Shown here in pieces: positions 12,901 to 24,900 of a stretch of DNA of 64,000 nt. Numbering within the stretch: the first letter of the stretch is position 1; each line of letters starts with the position of its first letter. Both the position numbers and the translations under genes were made by a program. Under the pieces are notes generated by a model. It did not search any database. It had not been told where the DNA came from and saw nothing but the letters and a program-made list of their open reading frames with translations. Source of the DNA: Carcharhinus amblyrhynchos (lineage: Eukaryota). Location: assembly GCA_965287045.1 (NCBI GenBank), contig OZ336895.1:21700001-21764000 (forward strand). The letters are read 5' to 3'.

Positions 12901-15900
12901 TAGTGGTCTGCCCAAGGGCAGGGACCCTGCTCATTTCAATATGCCTTGCAATCTATTGCTTTTGTTTCCTCTTCAGTTGCTCACAGGAGTCTCCTGTTTT
13001 CAATTTCAGTGAGGAAAAGGAAAATAATACACAAGTGATTTTCCTGTTGCCTTTCCTCTGCACAAAGGAAATGCAAGTCCCTATCCTTAAGGGTTGTCTA
13101 CCTGTAAGCAGCCATTATCCCTTGCAGTTCCAGCTCATCAAGTTATCACCACGACCGTGACCCCTAATCCTGACCTGGGGTGACTCAAAGGGCAGGGGCA
13201 GCCACCCTGAGGTCTCAGTTGAACCTGCTACCTTTATTTCCTTTTGTGTCCCGCATTGCTTTTTGCAATCTTGCAGTGTGCAAATTAGCTGCTGATTTCT
13301 GACATTTGCTGCAGTGGCTTTGCTCCCTAAATTAATTTGAATTAGTTTATTTGGTTGGTACCTGAAAGAGAGACCTTATTGACTGTAAAGCATTTTAGAA
13401 TACCCTCAAATCGTCAAAGGTGCTATATCAATGCAAGTCTGTTTTAACAAACATGTTTTTTAAGGTAAAAGTCTTTTATAATATTGTCCACCTGTTACTA
13501 CAAGTGTGAAAGTAAGCACTTTATCATGTTTGAAGACTGATATAAATGTAAGCTTTCTGTGCATGAGGAGTGGAAAAGATGGGTGTATACGATAAGCTTA
13601 TTGTTTAGCATTACTGAAGATGCATACATTTATTTTTAAAATTAGTTGGTGCAGGAGCAAAAGGCTATTGTCCTGCAGAAATATGTACGAGGATGGCTGA
13701 CCTCTTTGAGATTTCAAAGAATTCGGCATGCAGTTATCTACTTGCAGTGTTGTTACCGGCGAATGATGGCGTATCGCCAACTTAAGATGTTGAAAGTTGA
13801 AGCCCGCTCAGTTGAGCACTACAAAAAACTGAACAAGGGAATGGAAAACAAGATTCTTCAGCTGCAGTGCAAAGTGAATGATCAGGTAAACAAGAATTGG
13901 GGAATCTACATGTTTGACCTTGTGAAATGAATGTGAGGGGACTGGTATTGGACAGATGGCTGCAGGATAGAAAATGCTCACATTGCACTTTGATCTGATC
14001 AGTCTATGAAACATGGTCCAAGTGTAGCATTGTGGCAGTTGAGTCTGTAGATGGCAAAAGCATGGTTAAGGTTTTGAGTGTCAAAGGCAGTTATGTTGCT
14101 CAGCAGAAGATAAGTGGTGCTTGTTAATGTGAGAGGATACTCTCTCTGAATCAAACAGTGCAGAGATTTTCCATTGTCTGGTTAAGGTTGAGATGAGGGA
14201 AACCATAGAAGGTTGATGCAAGAGGAGAGTAGAGGTTGTGGTTAGTGAAGTAAAATCAGTGCTGTGGTGGTTGGGAAAGCCTCAACAACTATATTGGAAG
14301 AATTGTAGAACAAGCAAAGGATCATGGCAAGTTGATTTTCCTCCCCCACCCCCTTCCTGTTAAATCCATGTGGATTGTGAGGAGTGTGGTTTATCCTTCA
14401 ATCTCTCCATCCCTGGTCTTGTCTTAACCTACATCAGCTTCATAATGAACTCATAGCACCAACAATTATCATCGGGTCTATTGCCCAGAGAGTAAATCCA
14501 GCTAACCAATCCTCGTGAATTCATTCACATTTTGGATTGTATTTCCATATCACCATTTTTCTAAAAGCTTTAAGTGTTAATTTTTCAAACCTTTTCTAAA
14601 GTGATTTTTAATCCCAAGTCCTTCCCTCCTTTATGACTGATCTGTGACAAATTTTTACTGCTTTACATTCTCTCATTCTGCTATTCTCTAATGCATAATT
14701 CTGACCACAACCCAACCATAATTAGGACCTGTGCTTCCCTAACATTTTTCTCTGCTTCAGTGGAGAGGAATGCTATCTTTTTTCCCCCAAAATCTCTGAA
14801 TTGTTTCTACATTTTGTTTCATTGCGGTGAGTTTAAAATTATCCATTTTTCAAAAAGAATTTAATGTTCTTGAATATGAACAAGTAAATGATCCAAGCTG
14901 AGAAGGCTTCCTCTTGTGGGAAACACGAACTAGGGGACAAAACTCAAGAATAAGACGACTGTTTGCATTGTCCTTGCTACTTTTTCCTCCTAACTTTGTA
15001 TCCTCAGCAAAGCTGGATAGTCACTCATCAAATCTGAAGCCCAAGGACTGAGCCTTGTGATATCCTACTACTTGCAATTTAACAACTCAAATGTCCCATT
15101 TACTTCAACTCTTTACTGTCCATTAACCAATCCTTGTTGATATATCACCTCCAATCCATGAATATTAATTCTGTGTAGTTATTTTGTGTGATATCTTAAT
15201 ATTAAATCAAATCTGCATGCACTGATTCTCCTTTTATCCATCCTAGTAGCTGCTCCTTAAAAGAAACTAACAGATTTGTCATTTCCTGTTTCCTAAATTT
15301 ATGTTGTCTCTGCTTAATTTTTTTTATGTCTTTCTAAAATAGATTCTAGCTTCTTACCCACTAATTAATGTTAAACTAACTGGCCTATAATTAGTTGTGT
15401 TATTAGTTTTTTAAAAAATTGGCACAGTGGTTAGCCCTGTTGCCTCACAAAGCCATAGACCCAGGTTTGATTCCTAGCTTGGGTGACTGTGCAAATGTCA
15501 CACAGACATTCTCCCCATGTCTGCATGGGTTTCCTCCAGGTGCTCTGGTTTCCTCTCAGTCCAAAGACATGTGGGTTAGGTGGATTGGCCATGCTAAATT
15601 GATCCTTGGTGTCAGGGGGATCAACTAGCATAAATGCACGGGGTTACGGGGATAGATCCTGGGTGGGATTGTGGTCGGTGTAGACTCAACATGGGTTGAA
15701 TGGCCCCCTTCTGTACCATAGGATTCTATGATCTGCTTCTCTCTTCCTTTTGTTGAATTTTTTTAAGTATCAAAAAGGTACAAATAATAGGCTTTATTGA
15801 TTAAGAATAAAGTCCAATCAGAGTCCACACACAAGGGACAAACCAGATTCAAGCTGACAAGACAAGAATATGCATCCCACCTTGGGCTTGATCAAATAAG

Positions 15901-18900
15901 ATCCAGGCTGACGTGATTTTACACCCGCTGTTGGGCTTGATCTGAGCTTCATCTTAGCCAAAAGGCTGAGATGGCTTTGAAAACCGCATCAGGTCAAGCC
16001 TAGGTTTAACCTCGGCTACCCTGATCGCTTGTTGTACCCTAGCACAGGAAGACGATCGCAGGTATCAGAATATCCCAAGTGCAATGGACTCGCTGCATCC
16101 CCTGCCAGGTACCAGTTTTTGATAGGAGAGGGGATTAAGGGTTATGAGGAGAGGGCGGGAAAGTGGAACTGAGCAGCGACAGATCAGCCATGATCTTATT
16201 GAATGGTGGGGCAGGCTCGAAGGGCTGGATGGCCTGCTCTTGCTCCTATTTCTTATGTTCTTATACCTCCCAATCCTTTTGGAGCTATTCTAAAATCAAA
16301 CCCAATCCATTCACTATGTCTGCAGCTACAGATCCTTGGATACAAATCATTAGGTCCAGTGGATTTGTTGCCATTTAGTCCTCCTCACATCTTCAAATCA
16401 CTCATTCTGACCCTTCCCCCATTATTTCTGGAATGATTTTCAAAGCTCACCACAATGAAGTCAGATGCAAATTATTTGTTTAATGTCTCTAAACCTGCTC
16501 ATGTCTCTAACGGACCCATATTTACTTTCACCAATACCTCCCTCTTGGTACATACATACAGTTAATCTACTTTACAATGTCTCTTGGTAATATACTTTAA
16601 TATTTTATCACTTTCTTACTCCACTCTTGCTTAATTCTAAATTCATCCTAATTCTCAAGCTTCCTATTTTTGGCAACATAAGTCTTTCTCTTTGATTGGA
16701 TACCATATTTCACTCTTGGTAGCCCTATTTGGACTGCTATTTTTGTACGGTTTGTGATTTAAAGGAATGCATATTTGTCACAAATATAATTAACTGCTAG
16801 TCATTACTCATCTACCCTGTTTTTTTTTGATCCCATATTTTGTAACCATGGTTTTTAAGAACCTAGTTTTGGACTTGGTTGCATCACTTTCTAAATCGAT
16901 GGCCTGAATCTTCCGAGGAGTGGTAATCACCTTCAGATTGCCGCTCTGTTGCTGCCTTTTTCACCGTGCAGGAGCTCTGCAGGAAAGGACTTCCAATCCC
17001 AGCTTCAGAAATGTGGAGCGTACCTGAAATGAAACTGCTTTGCACTGGATTGTTGGTGGGAGACAAGCTATGGCCCTTTTTTTTATATGGCACTAGCTGT
17101 TGTATTCTGGTCAAGTGTTTGTTTAAATCTGCAAATACTAAGAAAGGTTAAGAGGGTTGGTTGGAAGCTTGGTAAGTGGGTTGGGGGGGGGGTTGGGGTG
17201 TGAGGTGGGTTGGGGAGGAATTGGAGGCTGTTTGTGGAGGGGTTAAGTGAGAGGCAAGCATTAAGATCAGGCTGGATTGGATAGGGAAGTAGTCAGGGTT
17301 GGGGGGGTGGGTGGGTGGTGTTAGGGGTTGAGTTAGGTTGGGTCAGTGATGGGTAGTTGAGTGGTAAGGTAATGGGTGTTTTGTTTTCAGGTCGGGTGGG
17401 AGTATCAGTAGAGTCTCCTGACGGGTGATGTCAGTTGCTTGGTTACCCAACAGTTAGTCTATCTAAAATTCCTTGGTAAGTAAGTCAGAACTGTCTAAAG
17501 TCTCTGCCTCTTAATGGAAAGGCCTGGGAAATGAGGAAGTTGCCCATCAGAAGTTTGACTGTGGGAATTGTCTGGGAAATCCGATGTGTTGGGTCTGCCT
17601 AGAAATCACATGGCACACCTTCTGGGGTACATCCAACCTCTGACTATCTGGCCATGGGAAGATCTGGACTTTCATAAAAGTCAATCCTATTATGGCCACA
17701 CTTCTTCTTTAAAGGACCCCTTACAAGAAATTGCCTTTCAGTGACCGATGCTAGATACAAAATATTCTGTTTTCCTAGTTGGCTTCTTGACATACTGATT
17801 TAGGGAACTATCTTAGAAGCATTCCACAAATTCATCCTCCTTATCTTATTTAGTCTCCCAATTGATATGAATGTTAGCAAACCCCATGATTAATGTATAA
17901 CTTTTATGTGCCTCTAATTTCCTGATATACACTGTCTTACAATATATGAAGTGGAGATGCTGGTGTTACTGTGTCTACAGTATGATATGCAGTTAGGGGA
18001 CCCAACTCCCAGCAATGTTCTGTGCCTCTTCTTATGTGATGAGTCGTTATTTGCTAATCCAGTTGTTCACTCTGGCAGCCACTAACCACTGGTCATCAAT
18101 GTTAGACCAGTTAGCATCTATAGTTCAGCAAACTGCTGAACCTTGCCTCGCTTCTCTCCTGTACATGTCTACTATTTAATAATGGCTTGCTAACTTGAGT
18201 TCATTCCACTTCAAGTTTATAATCCAATTGTTAGATTTTGAGTTCCAGCTACATCTTAATTGTATGAAACTAACATGCATATGCCCTTGTCTATGCTATC
18301 AACCCAGAAGATATGGTCACACAAACATAGTATCTATTGCATGGTCTTCCCTACCTAGAAAACCTACAGGCCATCAACAGCTGACTCCATAACTAGTTCA
18401 GCTTGATGTGCTTTAATTGCTAATAAACGCACAACAGATCAGTAAAGAGCAGAGAGCTTATGATGTTTTAATTTGTACTCTCAATCATATGGGGTCTGCC
18501 AGAGACGTGTGCACAATTTTGAGTCTTTTCTCCCTAAGTTGACTGATTGTGGCCATTTTTATAATTCAATCGGAGGTAATCAAATGATAGATTGAAATAT
18601 TTGACTTAAAGATAATTTTACATAGCTGATCAGTGTTTCAAATGTGTATTAATGTAACTGTCCATTACAACTTGTGCTATGTTTTTGACCAACGAAGAGC
18701 AGTTGATCCTAAATGTGAGGACAACTGATGTGAACTAGCAAGGAATCACCTCATTTATAAATTTTATCTTCAGAGTATGAAGAACAAAATGCTGGTAGAG
18801 CAAATGACTGCACTTGTCACTTCTCATAGAAATGAGGTGGAGAAATTTAAGAATGAAATGGAGCGTCTCCAGTGTCAAGCGGAAGAAACTAAGAATCTGC

Positions 18901-21900
18901 AGCAGCATATCACACAACTCCAAGAAGAACTGGAGAAAGCACATCTTAACAGAAAAGGTGTTGAAGTTAGAACTTCTCAAGAGCTAACTCTACTAAAACA
19001 AGTAGGATTGTGTAACTTTTTTTCCCATTTAACTTTTCAGTTTGACAATTCTTGTACAGCCCACAAAAACTTTGTTTAGAGTTGTTTTGGTTTTGGCAAG
19101 TTTTTTTTAAAAAGGCCATGGATTTCTTTTTAATATGGTCTTTAAAAGACTGTTAATTGGCAGGATAGAATCAGTCTCTTATTTGCCCTTCATTCCTTTC
19201 TCTGCCTGCTATCTGGGTGGATTGTGGCAAAGGAGATGTTGGGCAGAAATGGGACACCTAATTAATGAATGTTGCATGTAATCTGATTATAGCAGGCTAA
19301 TACTCACTTAATCAAACATAGCCAATATACTCCTCGTTCAAGTTACAAGGTCACATTTATCACCTCAGTTGGTGTGAGCCTTTGTGCTGGATGGGAACTG
19401 TGACTATGAAGCCATTTAAAATGAAATTTGTTACATGAGATGAAAATGAGCAGGCTAGATTAAGTAAGGCATTCGTGAATCATTTGGGATTTTGCAAGAA
19501 TCTGGCAGCTTGTAAATTTTCCTGGTGCCTGTCGGCAAACTCTGGTTTGAGTTCAGATTCATAACCTTCCATTCAGGGTCTCTGGGTTGCTAGTCCAGTC
19601 CCACAAGTACAGTGCTATTGCACTTACACTCCAGTGCATCATTTTTTTTCAAAAAAAAGTTCCCTTGTTGCCATTTTGATAATTGATCCTTCTCTAAAAG
19701 TCATTACGTTGGCGTGCCAGTGATGTGTATGTCTACAGCAACAGATTGATTTCTGAATCTGTTGACAAAATGCACATGTCCTAGTCTATTCAGCCAGCCT
19801 ATAGAATCTACACTCAATCTAAAGATAAGTGACCCAAATACTTCACATGCAATGTTTTCAGGTGCACAACTATTTTGCTGTAGGTTTATTTTAAATGTTA
19901 AATCTTTGAGCCTAGACATTTTTTTGCATTTGCATTGAACAAAAGTTTTTTGGCAAACTTATCACCTGAACGAGGAAATGATATTTGTGAATATGGAACA
20001 TGATAAATTCCAGTGCAAAGAGGAATTGGGTAGCTTATACAGTGATGTCTTGGGTATATCACTGGACTAACCTAGAGAACGCATGTTCAAATCCCCACCA
20101 TGATAGCTAAGACTTTCAACTTGGCTTTTCTTAAAAAAAAGAGAAGCTGGTATCTAAACAACCATAAGCTGCCACCTTCATAAAAATCCAACTGATTCAC
20201 TGATGTCCTTTTTATCATCCTCACCTGGTCGGTCTGATTTGACTCCAATTACACATCAACACGGCTGACTATTCTCTGCATTCTGAAGTGGCCAGCAAGC
20301 CACTCCATATCAAACTCTAGGATAACCAGGGGTGTAGTGCAGGTCCTCCCAATGGTGCCTGATCCTGAGGATAAGTGTTCCTGAAAAGGCAAAGTCTAAT
20401 TTCTTGAATGAATCCATTCTTAGGAGTTCGTCTCCACCTACTGTACTGAGCATCTCCTCTCTCCCCACCCACACCTCCCCCCCCCCACCCCCCCCCCCCC
20501 CCCCCCCACCTCTTTGGAGGTAGTTCTGCTCAATGATGGAGCCGTATTCCCTGAAAGATTTCCTTCTCAAATTCCCAGTAAAATGTTGAATGCTTTGTTT
20601 GTATTGTAGGATAAAAGTCTGCCCTAAATGTTGTCTGTTTGCCATTAGCTTCTTGAGCCTTTGCACATACCTTTTTTGCCTTGACTTTACATCATTATTT
20701 CCTTACCTTGTGCCATGTTGTTCCTGCTGATCATCATCATTTGCAAAACAAAACCTTTTGGCCTTCAAAGCTAAACTTGCAGAAATGTCATTATTTGTAT
20801 TTGTTCTATTTATTTCAATAGCTGTTTTTAAGGTCTGTCAGAAGCCTTCCAGTCCAGCTGCTCTTATTCTGCAACAGACAATTGAACCACAGTTTCATTA
20901 AAGTAACTTTTATTCTACTCCTGCATACCAGTTAGTATTTGCATTTCATCAGCCAAGCATCGTAATTAAGCAAGGTCAAATGGAAGTCCTATGGTTATTT
21001 GCTTTATCCAGTTGCTTTCCCACTATTGCAGAGATAACATCTGGCCCCTTTCACACTAGCTACAGATGTTGCCATCCAAAGAATAATTACCTCTGGCTTG
21101 TTTGTGGAGGAACTAACCCACAAGCAGTTTCCAGTAAACCAAATAAAGCTTTGACAAAATCATCAGGACTCAACATCAGTTCTTTTCTCTCCTTACAGAT
21201 GCTGCCAGAGGAGATTTTCCAGCATTTTCTCTTTTGGTTCTAGTAAACCAAAACTTGTAGCACTAACCTATTCCTTTCGCCATTTCAGACTAAATTTATG
21301 TACACCAAGCATAATGCTAATTGAATAAAAATAGTTTGACCCAGCATAATTTTTAAATTGAAAAATATTTTTATAACTGAGCATTCATACTGCTGAGATA
21401 AACATAACTAATTTGATATTTTCAAAAATATCATTGTATCTAAACTGCTGCTTTATTCGTGGTTCAACTTTTCAATGTCCTCTAATAAAGCTGTTAAATT
21501 CTTTTTCAGCGTTTAGCTGTTCTTGAAAAGGAGAAAATTGAATTAAGTGATGAAAAAGAAGCTTTTAATAAATATATTCAGGAACAGTCAAAGAATATTG
21601 AAGGTATTTTTAAAGCTTTTCTAAATGATTGGTATCCCTTTCTGATGTGCTTTACTGGCAGATTCCATTTTAAGTACTATTTTGTGTAAAGTAACATTTG
21701 TATTAAGAACCCCATTCTTAACACAAATTTGAGTGTGTGGCATTAAGTAGATGACAGTATTGAAAATAGCACCAAAAAATGAATTGTTTCTTGGTTAGAA
21801 TTGTGCATCACAAAGCCAGAAAAGAGTATTAAGTTGATCATGCATCTTCCTTCCATAGATCAAGTTCATTTTAACTAAGGCACACTCATCTAAGCAATCT

Positions 21901-24900
21901 TGAATTATCTCCTGTTTCTAATGAGTTTTAGCTAGCTTCTCTCCAGTGATGGTGAGTCCCTCTTCTGACACCTGGATGCTGCCTTCAATTTCTCTCCAAT
22001 GTACACTGGGAGGGATCTTCTCAAGGAATGAGGGGGGAAGCTCCTCCTTGTTTTTCCTGACTGTACCCACCCCAGAGGGTCATTGTCTTCCTCTTTTTGA
22101 TAGTGCCCCTCTCTGATGTGGGTTTAATTGTGCCCCTTTAGAGATTGATAAGACTGATTTAGAAACTAACTTGATTTGGTGAGCAAATATTAATATTATA
22201 AATTCAGTCTGCTGAATAGTTTGTGAATCTCTTGTAGTATTCTAACAGGTAAAAACACTTTGGGGCTGTGCAGTGTTGTCTTGAAGTTAACCAAGTTTGA
22301 GTACTGGTTTGTAATTGTCTCGACTGTTGAGGCTGCTATTGCTTTTCTCCATGTTTTCTGAACTGAATGTGGACCATCAGCTTGGGCTCTTACTTTTGAT
22401 TCACTTCCTGTAACCCCTGCTGGAAAATGCATATGTACAAAATGTTTCTGCCTAGTATACAGTAGCTATAAATGACCACTAGGTTCACCACTTATGCCAA
22501 GCATCAGAGCTGTTTTCCGCTTTTTTTTAAAAAAAAAAGACCATCCCAGTATTAACTGGGTGAAGGGGGGAAAAAAATGGAATTTCAAATTTTAGATGTT
22601 TTAAATTCATTTATGGAATGTATGCGTCACTGGCTAGTCCAGCGTTTATTGCCCATCCATAGTTGCCCTTGAAGTTGGTGGTGAGTTGCTTACTTAAGCC
22701 ACTGAAGTCTGAGGTGTAGATACATCCAAAATGCAGTTAGGGAAGGAATTCCAGGATTTTAACTAGTGACAGTGAAGGAATGGTAATGTACACTATAGTT
22801 CAGCCCACAAACCCTTCTACTTTCTCAGACTAAGGAAGTTTGACACATCTGCTGCGACTCTCATCAACCTTTCCAGATGCATCATAGAAAACATTCATTC
22901 TGGTTGTATCATAGCTTGGCATGGCTCCTGTTCTGTCCAAAACTGCAAAAACCTTTTAAAGGGTTGTGAACAGAGCCCAGTCCATCACTCAAACCAACCT
23001 CCCACCCATTGACACTATCTACACTTCCTGCTGCCCTGGAAAAGCAGCCAGCGTAATTAGGACCCCATGCACCCTGGACATTCTCTCTCTTACACCACCT
23101 TAGGCCTGAAAAAGGTACAAATGTCTGAGGATATGTACCAACTGATTCCACAACACCCTTCCCTGTTGCCATCAGACTTTTGAATGGACTCACCTTGCAT
23201 TTAAATTGACCTTTCCCTACACCTTGGCTATGATTAACGGTCTGCACCCTTTCCTTCTCTATTAAGGTACGCTTTGTTTTTATGGCATGCAAGAAACAAT
23301 ACTTTTCATTGTATACTAGTACGTCTAACAATAATAAATCTAATTTAATATATTTCCAAGTCAACAGTCTGTCTTGGAAGAAAACCTCCAAATGGTGGTG
23401 TTTCCTGGTATCTGCTGCTTTTTGTCTTTCAGGATGGTAGTGGTTATGGATTTGGAAGGTGCTGCCGAAGGAGCTCTGGAATCTATATAGTGTCAGTGAG
23501 CAGATTGGTGCTAAGGAAGTGCCACCTGATGGCATTGTTGATGACCCCTTCCATCACTTTACTGATGGGACAGTAATTGGGTTGGATTTGTTCTGCTTGT
23601 GCACAGGACATACCTGTGGCAACCTTCTGCATTTGTGGGTAGATGCCAGTGTGGTTGCTGTACTAGAACAGCTTGGCTAGGGGTGCAGCAAGTTCTGGAG
23701 GATGGGCATATTTATGGACCCTCCTATTTAATTGTCCACCTTCATGGTTGGATGGGACAGGACTGCAGAGTTTGGATGTAATTTGTTGGTTGTTCAGTAC
23801 TGTTGTAGGAATATTGTTGGGGCCTGTAGCCTTTGCCCTATCCAGTGCCTTCAACTGTTTCTTGATATCACATGGAGTGAATTGAATTGGTTGAAGACTG
23901 ACCTCTGATCTGTGAATTTCCTGGAGGAGGCCAAGATAGATCATCTACTTGGCACTTCTGGCTGAAGGTTGTGTGAGGTATAGGAACAGGGCCTGGGTGG
24001 AATTGTGGTTGGTGCAAACTTGATGGGCTGAATGGACTTTTGCACTGTAGGAATTCAGTGATTGCAAATGCTTCAACCTTGCCTTGTACTGATGTTCTGG
24101 GCTACTCCATCATTGAGGAAGGGCATAATTGTGGACTCTCCTATTTAATTGTCCACCTTCATGGTTGGATGGGGCAGGACTGCAGAGTTTGGATGTTATT
24201 TGTTGGTTGTTTACAATATTCAGTGCTGCCAGTGTGTATACTTGAAAGCTGTCAGATGATTTGTTTTCATGACAGCGATTTTTTTTGTTTGAAAAGAAAA
24301 TGGAAGTGTTGTATTTTGAGGTTTTAAATACTGCCATTTTGAGACCCTGTTTGCTCCTGCACCTTCACCCATCTTCCCCCACCCTCCTTCCATACAATTA
24401 ATGGTAAGGTTTTATCTATTTATTGTGCATTAAAGATCAAATTGCCCTGAAGGTGGCATTGAAGAGTCATCAGTTACATGTGGAATTTCAGGAAGAGCGA
24501 TTCCATTATCAGAAGCTTGTGAAAGAATTCTCCTGCCTAGAACAAAGATATGAAAATCTGAAAGATGAGATGACTTACATGAAGGTAATTTTAGCTTCAT
24601 TTGTAAGTATTTGGAATTAATTAGTGTGCCATAACACATTTAACTGAGCACTCCAGCACTCTAGATATCAAAATTGAGTCTATTTAAGAATGAGACTTTT
24701 TTGAGAATGTTAATAAACTTAAAATATTAACTTTATTACATATGTATTTGGTATGCCCATGGAAGTGGAGTATTAGAGAAATGCATCCAAAAGCAATTTT
24801 TGTGTATGTGTTGCCTATCTATCCAATATCTTATTACCCCATGAACATTCATCAGCAATAGGCAAATAAAGGCCAAATTACATAATACAGTAATTTAACA

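Larger units (their letters stand above)
15768..16124 (-). mobile_element. Composite snRNA-derived element (U1 + U4-like + U2 fragments, 2 hairpin repeats, AATAAA)
   Basis: snRNA matches detailed in the sub-features and findings; mobility is inferred from its position among nested repeats. Confidence 0.6.
15000..18050 (-). mobile_element. Highly degraded CR1 LINE hosting several nested insertions
   Basis: Colinear remnants, e.g. CTAACTGGCCTATAATT, ATCATTAGGTCCAGTGGATTTG, GTCAGATGCAAATTATTTG, GAAGCATTCCACAAATTC. Confidence 0.5.

Noticed and set aside
16021-16050. 7SK- or U3-like similarity (TGCTAG...AACAAGC; GATCGTCTTC) within the snRNA mosaic
   Set aside because: Matches are too short and gapped to distinguish from chance.
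15947-16111. Functional U1 or U2 snRNA gene
   Set aside because: Only fragments; U1 SLI, Sm sites and 3' halves are missing, and no snRNA promoter context is evident.
22909-23535. 208-aa minus-strand ORF
   Set aside because: Spans the antisense of a Rex-like LINE and another LINE; no coherent domain.
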